64,000 bases of DNA from Candidatus Latescibacterota bacterium (GTDB lineage: Bacteria > Latescibacterota > UBA2968), in assembly GCA_965207885.1 (NCBI GenBank), contig OZ242311.1:4672001-4736000 (forward strand), read 5' to 3'. Below the pieces are notes generated by a model. The model saw only the letters and a program-made list of their open reading frames with translations, made no database searches and had not been told where the DNA came from. The translations under genes were made by a program, and so were the position numbers. Numbering within the stretch: position 1 is the first letter of the stretch; each line of letters opens with the position of its first letter. Below, piece by piece: positions 10,180 to 20,959 of this stretch.

Positions 10180-10693
10180 CTTCATCGTCCTGATCTGTGG
10201 CTTCATCTTCTACTTTCGGGATATCCTCTTGCACCACATCGAAGGTTGTCACTTTCAATTGATCTAAAAAATCAGTCTGAACCTGTATCAGAGCTTTAAA
10301 TCTGGACAAGAACATATCGCGTTGATTTTGTAACTCCACAATCTCTGTGCGGATCTCATGCACCTGCGTGCGCGCTTTTTCAATGGCCCGATTGCTGCGG
10401 ATCTCTGCTTCTTTCACAATCAGCCGCGCTTCTTTTTGCCCATTTTCCTTGACTTCCTCAGCCGTTTGTTGGGCAGTTCTGAGCATCTCCTGGAGGGTTT
10501 GCTCTATTGACCGATAGTGATGCACTTCTGATTGCAACGCATTGAGATGTTCTTTTAGTTCGATATTTTCGGCGCCGAGATGTTCGACTTCTGTAGCCAG
10601 CATGTCGAGAAATGCCTGCACTTCCTCTTGATCATAACCGCGAAAAGACTTCTTAAAAATCTGCTTGCGAATATCCAGTGGTGTGATGTTCAC
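10172..10693 (-). CDS. divIVA: DivIVA-domain protein
   Basis: ITPLDIRKQIFKKSFRGYDQEEVQAFLD followed by coiled coil; yggS-yggT-divIVA context. Confidence 0.93.
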   Translation of the reverse strand: MNITPLDIRKQIFKKSFRGYDQEEVQAFLDMLATEVEHLGAENIELKEHLNALQSEVHHYRSIEQTLQEMLRTAQQTAEEVKENGQKEARLIVKEAEIRSNRAIEKARTQVHEIRTEIVELQNQRDMFLSRFKALIQVQTDFLDQLKVTTFDVVQEDIPKVEDEATDQDDEDA

Positions 10694-10712
10694 ATTTCCC
10701 CTCCCCTAAGGG

Positions 10713-11300
10713 CTATAACTCAAATACACTTTGAATGGCACTTTGAACAACCTGCAGAAGTAAAATTAACAAAATGGGCGACAAATCGAACATGCCCAGT
10801 GGAGGAACGATCTGTCGAAAAGGTCCCATAATGGGCTCAGTCAAGCTATAAAGGGTCCACATAAATCTGCCCCCGCGCACAAAGGGCAACCACGAAAATA
10901 CGATACGCGCGATAATTAAAACCAGCAAAACCGCAACGGCTCCATAGAGCAACCATCCGATGATATGCAGGATTTCGCCAGAAGAAATACCGTGTAACAA
11001 TCCTATAAGTGAACGCAGCACATCGTTGGTCAACCACTTAAAAAAAAATGCCCCGATCAATGTCGCAATCACCAGAATCAACGGTGCCGCAGCGGTATTT
11101 CCAGGCATGTGTTGCGCAATGGGCCACACGAGCGGATCGGTTATGCGCCGAACATAATATTGAGACCAGCCAAAAGAACTCATACGCACCAAAATAGCGC
11201 GTAATAGCAATAACGTCACCATGCCGATTACCAATGCAACAAGCATCCAGTCAATGGCTTGTTGTATTAAAATAATCGCCTGAGCAACCACATCAACCAT
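10713..11300 (-). CDS. yggT: YggT-family membrane protein (two YggT repeats)
   Basis: ITDPLVWP and LTEPIMGPFRQIVPPLGMFDLSP repeats. Confidence 0.88.
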   Translation of the reverse strand: MVDVVAQAIILIQQAIDWMLVALVIGMVTLLLLRAILVRMSSFGWSQYYVRRITDPLVWPIAQHMPGNTAAAPLILVIATLIGAFFFKWLTNDVLRSLIGLLHGISSGEILHIIGWLLYGAVAVLLVLIIARIVFSWLPFVRGGRFMWTLYSLTEPIMGPFRQIVPPLGMFDLSPILLILLLQVVQSAIQSVFEL

Positions 11301-11303
11301 AGT

Positions 11304-11987
11304 CTATACCGCCCGCTGGCCAAAAATCGCCGTGCCCACGCGAACCATTGTCGCGCCTTCTTCAATTGCGACTTCAAAGTCGCTGGTCATCCCCATAGAC
11401 AGGGCAGATACATGGGGCTTGTGAATTGCAATGCGGTCCCTGATTTGTCGCAATAAGACAAAATTTGGTCGCGCTGTTTCGGGGTCTGGATCAAATGCGC
11501 CAATTGTCATCAGCCCTGTCACCGAAACGCCCTGCAGGTCATCGACCTGCGCGACCAGATCCAATGCCGCGTTGGGCGATATGCCGAACTTCGATGTTTC
11601 GCCCGATGTATTTACCTGTACTAATACGCGAGTTGGGGTGTTTCTCCGCACGGCGCACCGGCTGATCTCTTTCGCCAGGCGCAATGTGTCAACCGAGTGA
11701 ATCAGGTCGAATAAAGGCAACGCCTGTTTGACTTTGTTGCGCTGTAGGTGTCCAACCAAATGCCATGATACCACGCCGTCCACCTCTGGGACCTTGTGCT
11801 GTGCCTCTTGTACGCGACTTTCACCTAAAACCCGTGTTCCCGCATCTACGACCTGTTGCACGACATCGGCAGGCCAGGTCTTTGTTATAACAATCAATTT
11901 AACCGCATCTGCCGACTGCCCGGACCGATGGATAGCCCTATCAATGCGGTCCTGGACGCGCTTTAAGTTCTCAGCAATTGCCGACAT
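11304..11987 (-). CDS. yggS: PLP homeostasis protein YggS/PROSC
   Basis: WHLVGHLQRNK, IHSVD, QVNTSGETSKFG, GLMTI, LSMGMTSDFEVAIEEGATMVRVG. Confidence 0.95.
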   Translation of the reverse strand: MSAIAENLKRVQDRIDRAIHRSGQSADAVKLIVITKTWPADVVQQVVDAGTRVLGESRVQEAQHKVPEVDGVVSWHLVGHLQRNKVKQALPLFDLIHSVDTLRLAKEISRCAVRRNTPTRVLVQVNTSGETSKFGISPNAALDLVAQVDDLQGVSVTGLMTIGAFDPDPETARPNFVLLRQIRDRIAIHKPHVSALSMGMTSDFEVAIEEGATMVRVGTAIFGQRAV

Positions 11988-12194
11988 AGGTTTCGGTCTC
12001 AAGTGAAATATAGATTTTCTAATTTATGTAAAAAACAGTGTAATGGCAACAAAAACGGCTTGGAATACTGAGGTGAGCCGCACGAGGTTTTTTGCCATAT
12101 AGGCCAAAAAATCGTTGACCTTATACAGGGGATATATGTATCGTAGAGCGCAGTGTAAGGGTCCTTTCTCTCTTTCAAATCTGGAGCTATTCTT

Positions 12195-14128
12195 ATGCCG
12201 CGAAATGGTTATGGACACATGGTGCTGGATGATTATGTTGCGCGCGTGCGGGCTGTAAATGCCGATCGCGCAAAACGCCTATCATCTATCCGCAGTAAAA
12301 AAGAAGCTTTCGCATACCGCGATGAAGTGCGCGAGGCGATTGACAAAGCCTATCGCCCCTGGCCGAGTAAAACACCGCTCAATGCGCGTGTCGTCGGTAC
12401 AATTGAACGCCGCCATTACCGCATTGAAAAAATCCTTTTTGAGAGCCGTCCGGGGTGTTTGGTCACTGCCCACCTTTACGTGCCCAGCAACCTCGACGGG
12501 CCAGCACCTGGTATTATTGGCTCTTGCGGTCATGCTGCCGATGGCAAAAATGCACCGCTTTATCAGGCATTTTGTCAGCGTCTGGCGCGCAATGGTTTTG
12601 TCGTCTTGATCTACGATCCCTTTAATCAGGGCGAGCGCGATCAATATTATGCCCTGCACAGCCGCGAGAGTGTGCGGTCGTCAACACATGCCCACAATAT
12701 GATGGGCAAACAACTCGAACTCGTGGGCGAATGGTTTGGCGCGTGGCGCGCATGGGATGGTATCCGCGCACTCGACTATTTGCTTACCCGTCCCGAAGTC
12801 GATCCCGCGCATATCGGGCTTACGGGCAATTCGGGCGGCGGTACTATGACCAGTTGGATCTGGCCGGTGGAAGCGCGTTTTACTATGGCTGCCCCCAGTT
12901 GCTTTGTCACTACGTTTGCCGCCAATCTCGAAAATGAATTGCCCGCCGATTCGGAACAGTATCCGCCAGGTGTGATTGGCGCGGGCCTGGATATGGCTGA
13001 TTTTTTATTGCCCGAGCACCTGCTCCCGTCATTTTGCTCGGGCAAGCCTATTGCTTTTTTGACCGACGCGGTCTCAAACAAGCCTATTCTGAAATCCGTC
13101 GTTTCTACGATATCATTGGCGCGCCAACCAATGCGACTGATATTTTTATCGGGTCAGAAGGCCACGGATTTTTCCGCGATAATCAGGAAGCTATGGTGCA
13201 ATTTTTTGCAACACATGCGGGCATTCAGGAGGTTACCCGTTTGGAAGAGACCGAAGACTTGAGCGATGTCTTAAATGTCACCCCAAAAGGCGAGGTTGTG
13301 CCCGAAGGGGCTACCCCCATTTACGATCTGATTGCCCAAAAAGCAGATATTCTTGCATCAAAACGCAAAGCGTTGGGTAAGGATGAACTCACCCGTTGCG
13401 TGCAGAGCACGCTCAATTTGTCTGGTGACCGCGACCTGCCCCACCACCGCTGGTTGCGCAGCACGACGGAAGATGGTGTTCGCTTGGCGCGGTATGCGAT
13501 TGAAACCGAGGGCAATATTCGCGCTATTATGCGGAAGCGTCTGTCCAATCCTTCTTATTCGCATACGCTCGATGTCGAGCGCGAGGTTCATCTCTATTTG
13601 CCACATGTTTCTGCGGAAGAAGATTTGATAGAAGATCCTTTTGCGAAAGGATTGAAAGAACAGCATCCGCTCTATGCACTCGATGTACGCGGTCTGGGAG
13701 AATCGCTTGCCGATGATGAACGCGACTTTTTTCATCCTTATGGCAACGACTATATGTGCAATGGATATGGCCTGATGCTCGGTCAGAGCTTTCTCGGACG
13801 GCGGGTTCACGATGTGTTATCCACACTCGACCTGCTGGTTTATGAAGGCGCGAAAAAAATCCATCTTTACGGTCGCGGACAGGGTGCGATTCACGCGCTG
13901 TTTGCCGGATTTCTGCATTCTGCAGTGACGACTGTTACGCTGAAAAACTATCCACAGTCCTATCGGGTCTGGACACAAACGCCCCTGGTCAGTTGGCCTG
14001 CTGCCAATATCCCTCGGGGCGTTCTCACATCTTATGATCTGCCCGATTTGATACACGCTCTGGACAAGAAACTCGAGCTTATACAGCCCTGGGGGGCGGA
14101 TATGTCGGAAGTGGAAAGTGAGAAGTAG
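12195..14128 (+). pseudogene. Two-domain alpha/beta hydrolase (acetyl-xylan-esterase-like), split by a single-base frameshift at T-run 13001-13006
   Basis: ORF 12195-13262 has GNSGGG nucleophile and WDGIRALDYL. One extra T in GATTTTTTATTGCC joins it to ORF 13034-14128 (DFFIARAPAPVILLGQAYCFFD), giving about 644 aa. Could be an assembly error, a pseudogene or slippage. Confidence 0.75.
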
Positions 14129-14143
14129 GAAGTGTGAAGGAGT

Positions 14144-14902
14144 TCATCCTTCCAGCCGCTCGCGCAAATGGGCTTCCATTGCCACGAATTGGGGGTCGGC
14201 GCGCAAGGTGTTTTCCCGAGGGTGGGGAAAATGAACGCTCAGGTCTTCCGCGATTTTGCCGGGTCTGGCAGACATTACCACAACGCGGTCGGAGAGGAGC
14301 AATGCTTCGGAGATGCTGTGGGTTATAAATAAGACAGCAGCACCTGTTGCCTGCCATATTCGCAACAGTTCAATTTGCATCTTTTCCCGCGTCATTTCGT
14401 CCAGTGCCCCAAAAGGCTCGTCCATAAGCAAAACGGATGGGCGGAAGGTCAAGACTCTGGCTATGGCGACCCGCGATTGCATGCCGCCCGATAGTTCGCG
14501 CGGATACGCATGCTCAAATCCAGCCAGTCCGACAATGTCGATCATCTCAGAGACCCGGCTTAAAACTTCTGCGTCTCCAAAGACCTCGGCGGGTAGGCGC
14601 ACATTTTCTTCTACTGTGCGCCAGGCGAGAAGCGAGGGATGTTGAAATACAAAGCCCACCAACCGTTCGCGCCGTGCGGTTTCGGGTATTTTCCCCAGTA
14701 CGCGAACCGTGCCCTTTGTCGGTGTTTCCAGGTCGCCGACAATCCGCATTAAGCTCGTTTTGCCACATCCCGAGGGTCCGATCATACTGACAAATTCCCC
14801 CTGCGCTATTTGCAGAGAAATTTGTGCGAGTGCTTCTACCCGGTTGCTGTCGGTCACAAAAACCTTTTGAATATCCCGCAGTTCAATGGCTAATTCACTC
14901 AC
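14144..14902 (-). CDS. ABC transporter ATP-binding protein, NitT/TauT type
   Basis: GPSGCGKT, LSGGMQSR, LLMDEPFGALD, FITH. Confidence 0.92.
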   Translation of the reverse strand: MSELAIELRDIQKVFVTDSNRVEALAQISLQIAQGEFVSMIGPSGCGKTSLMRIVGDLETPTKGTVRVLGKIPETARRERLVGFVFQHPSLLAWRTVEENVRLPAEVFGDAEVLSRVSEMIDIVGLAGFEHAYPRELSGGMQSRVAIARVLTFRPSVLLMDEPFGALDEMTREKMQIELLRIWQATGAAVLFITHSISEALLLSDRVVVMSARPGKIAEDLSVHFPHPRENTLRADPQFVAMEAHLRERLEG

Positions 14903-14918
14903 TTCGCGTCTTACCTTT

Positions 14919-16400
14919 TCAATGTTTGATCAAGTGCTTTTCCAGGGTCTTGACCACGGTTTTTAGCGTTTTAATGCGCGCATATAGCTTGCAATTGGAC
15001 TCGACAATGGTCCACGGCGCGTAATCTGTATTCGTGCGATACAACATGTCATCCACTGCGTCGCGATACTGATCCCATTTCTCTCGATTGCGCCAGTCTT
15101 CATCCGTAATTTTCCACTGTTTGGACGGTACTTTTTCGCGGTCTTGAAAGCGCTTCAATTGTTCGTCTTTGTCGATATCGATCCAGAATTTGAATAATAA
15201 GGTGCCGTAATTTGCCATCTGTTCTTCCATTTCGTTGATTTCGCGGTACGCGCGTTGCCATTCCGGTATTGTCGCAAATCCCTCTACGCGCTCGACCAGA
15301 ACGCGCCCGTACCACGATCGGTCAAAGATGGCAAAATGACCGGCTTTGGGCATTTTGATCCAGAACCGCCACAAATAGTGATGTGCCAGTTCAATATCAT
15401 TTGGCGCGGCGATGGGGAACACGTCGTATCCCCGCGGGTCCATGCGGCGCACCAGGCGTTTGATATTGCCTCCCTTTCCCGCAGCATCCCAGCCTTCGTA
15501 CACAATGACTACCGACTGCCTTTGCAAATACACTTCGTGCTCGATTTCCCATATCTTTTTTTGATAAATGCGGCGCAGGCGATCGTATTCTTTGCGCGTG
15601 AGTTCTCTGGACAAATCAGATGTTTCGAGCATAGAATGCGGGATTGAGGATAGGGAAACCGCTTTGGTCCGCGTCTTTTTGTTCAGAGATGCCAGTTTTT
15701 TTTCGAGGACTTCAATCACTTTTTCAAATACTGAAACCGTTGCAAAACGCCAGTTTTCAGCCGGCACAATATGCCAGGGCGCGTATTTGCTATCCGTACG
15801 TGAGATCATTTCTTCGATGACTTCTCCATACCATTCGTATTGTTTATTTTTTTTCCAGTCGTAATCTGTCACGCGCCAGGACGTCAGGGGATTTTTCTCG
15901 AGTTGCTTAAAACGCTTTTTTTGTTCTTTGCGCGAGATGTGCAGGAAGAACTTGATGATTACATGGCCGTCATCTACAAGTTGTCGCTCGAAATTATTCA
16001 CTTCTTGATACGCCTTATCAACCGGCAGTTTGCTCATCATCGGATCTAATTTTTCCACAATAAATCGACTGTACCAACTCCGACCGTAAATCGCCATGCG
16101 CCCGCGTTCGGGGATTTTGGTCCAGAACCGCCACATAAACGGTCGGTAAATCTCTTCTTCATTGGAAACTTGCGTCGAATATACTTTGACACCCCGGGGA
16201 TCGAGTACTTGCAACAACTCATTGATTTGTCGTCCTTTGCCAGAAGCGCCCCAGCCTTCGAATACAATCGTGATGGGGACTTTGTTTTCCAGTGCCTTTC
16301 GCTCGAGTTGGCCCATTTTTATTTCCAGTTTTTCCATGCGGGCGTTGTAGTCCGATTTTTTTATTCTTTGTTTTAGATCAATAGCATCCATGATTTCCAT
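14919..16400 (-). CDS. pap: Polyphosphate:AMP phosphotransferase (two-domain PPK2)
   Basis: Tandem PPK2 domains: FEGWGASGKG..LDPRG..GRSWY and YEGWDAAGKGG..MDPRG..FDRSWYGRVLVERV. Confidence 0.92.
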   Translation of the reverse strand: MEIMDAIDLKQRIKKSDYNARMEKLEIKMGQLERKALENKVPITIVFEGWGASGKGRQINELLQVLDPRGVKVYSTQVSNEEEIYRPFMWRFWTKIPERGRMAIYGRSWYSRFIVEKLDPMMSKLPVDKAYQEVNNFERQLVDDGHVIIKFFLHISRKEQKKRFKQLEKNPLTSWRVTDYDWKKNKQYEWYGEVIEEMISRTDSKYAPWHIVPAENWRFATVSVFEKVIEVLEKKLASLNKKTRTKAVSLSSIPHSMLETSDLSRELTRKEYDRLRRIYQKKIWEIEHEVYLQRQSVVIVYEGWDAAGKGGNIKRLVRRMDPRGYDVFPIAAPNDIELAHHYLWRFWIKMPKAGHFAIFDRSWYGRVLVERVEGFATIPEWQRAYREINEMEEQMANYGTLLFKFWIDIDKDEQLKRFQDREKVPSKQWKITDEDWRNREKWDQYRDAVDDMLYRTNTDYAPWTIVESNCKLYARIKTLKTVVKTLEKHLIKH

Positions 16401-16403
16401 ATT

Positions 16404-17528
16404 TTACTCCTCTATCCACGAGCGCGAGTCGGGTACATCTAACCACGCTCCGTCTTGTACAATTGATTGTTGACTGAGTAGTCCCGGTAAGGTCATGTCC
16501 ATGGCTTCGTGAATGCCAATTGGACAGGCGATTTCGCCGTTGATGCTTTGAATAAAATCCATGATTTCGAAATAGTCGCCCCCGCCGTGTCCGGCTTTTA
16601 ATGCCGCTTCAGAGGGGTTGCGCCACATGTCGGGTAAATAGTCTTCTTCCAGATCTGTCAGATCTATCCATTCATTTTTTTCGCCGCAGATATCTTCAAG
16701 CCATATGCGATTGACACCGCCGCGCATGCGCGCCGATTCATAACATCCTTTTGTCCCTTGCAGTTGAAAATTGCCGGTTGCGTGGGGGCGTTCCGATAGC
16801 ATATCTACCCGGATTTTTACCAGCCCGCCGCTCGCCATCTGGCACAACATGACGCACGAATCTTGATTTTCATACTGGTCTCCCCGCGGGTCTGTATAAT
16901 GGTGTCCGCTGCCCGCACAACACACGCGCACTACGCGGTCGCCCGGCATCCACTGCAAAAGAGGCCCCAGGCTGTGGGTGCAATAGGTGACACCATCAAT
17001 GCCCGTTTGCCACTTGCGCCGCCATTTTGTGATTTCATTCAGGGCTTTTAATTCGTGCAAATACTCTCCTTCTCCGTAATATACATCGCCAAACAAACCC
17101 CGCCGCACGAGTTCTTTTACCAGTACATTGGGGCGGGTGTAGGTGTAATTTTCTGCCATCATATAGATTGCTTTTGACGATGTTGCGGCGTGTACCAGGG
17201 CGCGACATTCCTCCACGGAGACCCCGGCTGTGACTTCGCTCAAGACGTGGATGTTGCGATGCAGTGCCTCAATTGCTTGCTGAGCGTGAAAGTGCATGGG
17301 CGTGCCGATGACGACCGCATCGAGTTCAGAACGCGCGAGCATGGTTTCGTAGTCCGCGTATTTTTCAGAGGCTCCCAATCGTTCAGCAGCAGCGTCGAGT
17401 TCCTCTTCGCGCACATCGCATACCGCGTGAATGCGAGCCGTTTCATGGGCTTCAAAAGCGACCCGAAAACTGCCCCCACGCCCAGCAGCCCCCACAATGC
17501 CCACGTTTAATTTTTCAGCAATGGCCAT
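16404..17528 (-). CDS. Gfo/Idh/MocA-family oxidoreductase
   Basis: Rossmann N-terminus VGIVGAAGRG, GTPMHFH, HVLSEV, MMAENY, GHGGGD. Confidence 0.88.
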   Translation of the reverse strand: MAIAEKLNVGIVGAAGRGGSFRVAFEAHETARIHAVCDVREEELDAAAERLGASEKYADYETMLARSELDAVVIGTPMHFHAQQAIEALHRNIHVLSEVTAGVSVEECRALVHAATSSKAIYMMAENYTYTRPNVLVKELVRRGLFGDVYYGEGEYLHELKALNEITKWRRKWQTGIDGVTYCTHSLGPLLQWMPGDRVVRVCCAGSGHHYTDPRGDQYENQDSCVMLCQMASGGLVKIRVDMLSERPHATGNFQLQGTKGCYESARMRGGVNRIWLEDICGEKNEWIDLTDLEEDYLPDMWRNPSEAALKAGHGGGDYFEIMDFIQSINGEIACPIGIHEAMDMTLPGLLSQQSIVQDGAWLDVPDSRSWIEE

Positions 17529-17575
17529 GGTTTTACTCTCAGGTGTTGTTTGTAAAGTTCATTGAATTTTTGTTT

Positions 17576-17657
17576 GCCGCTTACCGCGTTGATCGCGTCC
17601 AGACAGAGGTAGCGCAACTTCAATGAGTTTTCTGGGTATTTTGACATTCTGATTCAT
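17576..17657 (-). pseudogene. Relic N-terminus of a DUF1156-type adenine methylase gene
   Basis: Reads MNQNVKIPRKLIEVALPL; removing a 4-bp TCTG duplication continues DAINAVS. KLIEVALPLDAIN matches my recollection of the DUF1156 protein start. Confidence 0.65.
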
Positions 17658-18933
17658 ACATGCTCGTTTTATTGTGTAGGTGGGGTTTCCTGCTGAAGAT
17701 TATACACGATATACTGATTTAGATTCCCAACTACTAACATCCTCATGTGCGATCAGGCCCTATCCAATAGTGCTTACATTCTCTTATTAACTCACAATTA
17801 AGATCGTTATTCTCATAGAGCAAGTTTAGAAAATGAAATTTTGTGACCACAGTCAACTTACGGCTGAGTTTGTTCAAATTAGAAAAATCTATCTCTTCCC
17901 CTTCAAAGTGTGTGACGCCCCTTGCATTACGATATTTTTTAACTTCCTTGCCAAAATCTACGCATTCGGTGTCGTTGTCAAATATACAACCTATCAATGG
18001 CTTTGCTAACAGTCTAATCTGTTTCCACTTTTCGACTGGTTGTCGTTCCTTCTCGACAACACCATTTTTATTTATTCGTTTTCTTCTGCCTTTTAGCTTT
18101 TCGTTTTCAGGTAGGCCGGCATTGTACTTGTGAAACAGATATTCACAATCATCCGCCACAGATTTCCACCGATCTATAGGCAGAGCAGGTAAAAATCTGT
18201 AAATATATTTTTTTATAAACGATTCAAGATACTTGCCGAGCAGATTTTCTTTGCCCTTGTTAAAGTTTTTATAGCGCGTATGAGGATAGTCATTATACTC
18301 TCTTTCCCATTCACATCCCTTGTAATACAAATTCCAATAGACAGGATAGTTTATGACATCGCCTGCTATTCGTTCCCCTTTTTTGTTATATACGCCATCA
18401 ATCAGAAGTTCTTTCTCCTGTCCGGTCAAGTACCCATAGATATCTGTAATACCTATACGTCTGTCGAACAAAAAGCCAAAGAAGTACTTGATAGCCTCCA
18501 CTTTTTTTCTACAATCCTCTGCTGGCAATGGCTCCGAAAATTCCAAAACACAGTATGCTTTGGGTTCAATTGTACCAGACCATCCCCACGCTTTTAATTC
18601 TATTTTGAACGTAAAATGTTTAGTTTTGCACTCCAAAGGCTTTGGTTCATGCCATTCTATTTTGAGCGTTTTAGCGTACCCATGTTGATGAACCTCAACC
18701 TTATCATATATTGGCTTTGCTTTTTTGACACCCTCCAAGTCGGGAAGAGCAAAAACCTCGACACCGTCCAGACAGAAGCGAATTTTATCAAATTTAACTG
18801 GATCATTAGGCTCGAATCTATACCAACCTTCCCCCTGTTCTCCAAGTGAAGCTCTTTGGATTAAGCAAATTTTGGGATATAACTTTAGAGCACCACCCAA
18901 AGATTTCCCAAAATCACAGTCTAATAAAATTAT

Positions 18934-20130
18934 CATAGTACACGACAAAACCTAAATCGGGTTAAAATCTGGCGGATTAATCAGTAAACGAATGCATTTG
19001 AGGAACTGCTGGGCTTGTTGGTGTATATTGAGCAGGACATACTGCAAATAGTCCAACCCATATCGGAAGAGACTTTTTTCCATCCGTCCGTGGTTTTTGA
19101 CCTTCAAAGGTTTTGTAAGGGCGATCCATTCGCCGATGATATGGGCCCAGGTGCAGGCAATAGCCAAAAGCGCGATGAGTTTTTCAATGCGATCTTGATG
19201 TATAAGGTGGGTCTCTTCCAGATTAAATCCTCGACTTTTCAAATTTGCAAAAAGGACTTCAATGCCCCAACGTTTTTTATACACCTCCAATGCGACTTGA
19301 CGTTGTTGGTTGCTTGCAAGAATGAGGTATTGATCCTTCAATCTTAGCGCAGACACATACACAGGTAGGTCATAAACGCGGCGAGGTCTTTGTAGGCTGA
19401 CCTGCTGATGGATGTGCAAATTTTCAAAGAGTTTTTTTATGGGTATCTCTCTATCTGCCCTTGAGACAAGGGCATTTTCCTTGATGCGGATGACAAAAGG
19501 GATGTTTTGTGTGTCTAACCACGCAAACCATTCTCTTCCAATGAATTCTCTATCTGCCAATACAACGCGGATATGAGACTTGGGAATGCGCGTAAGCACC
19601 TGTTTCATCAAATTGATACGCTCATCACTATTGGAATTGCCTCGTTTTTTTAACAAGTGCCAACACATAGGAAAGGCGACCCCTTCATAGATAATGCCTG
19701 CGGTTAGGATGTTGATATTGAATTTGCCTAACTTCCAATTAGTGCGATCTATTGAGACTGCAAAATCGGTCTTTATAGGTAATAAGTGCAAGATCAGTCG
19801 CGTCACGGCTTCATAAGGAATGTCAAACTCAGCGAAAAAACGCTGTATCCTGCGGTAATTTGATTGCGGTTTGACCTGTCCATTTAGCGCATTAGCCAAT
19901 TTGGCGAAGTTGACCCTGCTCAGCTTGACCAAAGACAAGATGAAGGCCGCTGTGAAAGTGATGCGTGCTTTATGCCACCCAAAATGGCCTTGCAATACAT
20001 GGTGAAGTTGTATAACTTGACGAGACATAGACCTGTGCCTTGTTGAGATGAGAAGGTTCGTTTTCACACATTCAAACCTAACTCTTTTTCACGTTTTGCA
20101 CAGGTCTTTTATTTTTTGTCGTGTACTTTA
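18934..20130 (-). mobile_element. IS4-family insertion sequence (ISAba1-like ends)
   Basis: Terminal IRs CATAGTACACGACAAAA and TTTTGTCGTGTACTTTA; perfect 9-bp TSD TAAAATTAT at 18925-18933 and 20131-20139. Confidence 0.95.
18952..20067 (-). CDS. IS4-family DDE transposase, intact ORF
   Basis: SIDRTNW, LADREF, YKKRWGIEVLFANLK (YREK motif). Confidence 0.95.
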   Translation of the reverse strand: MKTNLLISTRHRSMSRQVIQLHHVLQGHFGWHKARITFTAAFILSLVKLSRVNFAKLANALNGQVKPQSNYRRIQRFFAEFDIPYEAVTRLILHLLPIKTDFAVSIDRTNWKLGKFNINILTAGIIYEGVAFPMCWHLLKKRGNSNSDERINLMKQVLTRIPKSHIRVVLADREFIGREWFAWLDTQNIPFVIRIKENALVSRADREIPIKKLFENLHIHQQVSLQRPRRVYDLPVYVSALRLKDQYLILASNQQRQVALEVYKKRWGIEVLFANLKSRGFNLEETHLIHQDRIEKLIALLAIACTWAHIIGEWIALTKPLKVKNHGRMEKSLFRYGLDYLQYVLLNIHQQAQQFLKCIRLLINPPDFNPI

Positions 20131-20467
20131 TAAAATTATATAAAACTGCCCATACGATGTCTCGCCATCAATTCTGGGAAATTTTAAAATTTTTCTTCTT
20201 TGTAGAATGGAAAAAAGCCTTCCAGGACCCAATCCTTCCAATTCCAACAAAAGAGAACCATCCTCTTTGATTGTCAATTCTCCTCGAAACCCTTTCTTGT
20301 TATTCCCCTGATAAATATCAGACTTAACAGGATACCTATAGTCATTCTCGCAAAACCTGAAAAAACCATCAAGCTTTTGTTCTTCTAATCTCATAACACT
20401 CTTTCTTTTTTTAAGTAGTTCCTACCCACGTTTTTTAGGCTTTATCGGCTATGTCTGTATGTTTCAG

Positions 20468-20959
20468 TCATCTTGCGTCCCTCAGCAATTGTGCCAGAGA
20501 AGTTCCACATCTGGTTCTCTGAACGATTACCGATCTCCCGCGAAACCGGACTTTGTTAGACGTGTTTCTCAGTCGTCTTTGCTCAATTTTCGAAATCCTG
20601 CCTGATGCAACAACCGGGGTAAACTTCGTACCTGCGTTATGTGGAATGATCTGATCAGCGACATCAGCACCAGCCTGAAGTTGCCTTGCGGCCTCACTGG
20701 CACTGATCCCACCCGATTTCAACTCTATGGGTACGGTCCACGGACTTCCATCTTTATCATCTAAATATCCGATGTACAGGTAGTCGCATCGTGTTTCATG
20801 CTGGCTTGGAGGTGAACCAGGAGAATTCATGTGGATCAGGACGAATTGACGCGAAATCCCCTTGAGCGAAATCGAACACTTTCCTGCCCTACACTGCTTT
20901 CTCTGGCATCGAGCATCCAATTTCTCTCGTACCGATTCCATCATCGTCATCTGGTTCAA
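20468..20959 (-). CDS. Small putative PD-(D/E)XK nuclease-fold protein, Cys-rich N-terminus
   Basis: RCDYLYIG...PIELKSG motif; start overlaps the stop of the upstream ATPase. Confidence 0.55.
   Translation of the reverse strand: MNQMTMMESVREKLDARCQRKQCRAGKCSISLKGISRQFVLIHMNSPGSPPSQHETRCDYLYIGYLDDKDGSPWTVPIELKSGGISASEAARQLQAGADVADQIIPHNAGTKFTPVVASGRISKIEQRRLRNTSNKVRFRGRSVIVQRTRCGTSLAQLLRDAR

Larger units (their letters stand above)
17743..20394 (-). pseudogene. ApeA-like HEPN-domain putative RNase, interrupted by an IS4 element
   Basis: Excising 18934-20130 plus one TSD copy joins ORF 20128-20394 to ORF 17743-18948 in frame (GETSYGQFYIIL|LDCDFG), giving about 481 aa. N-terminus resembles the ApeA N-domain; C-terminal HEPN-like RNARGVTH. 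AT-rich. Confidence 0.7.

Noticed and set aside
14144-14902. NitT/TauT ATPase without permease or binding protein
   Set aside because: Partners may be encoded elsewhere; nothing else unusual
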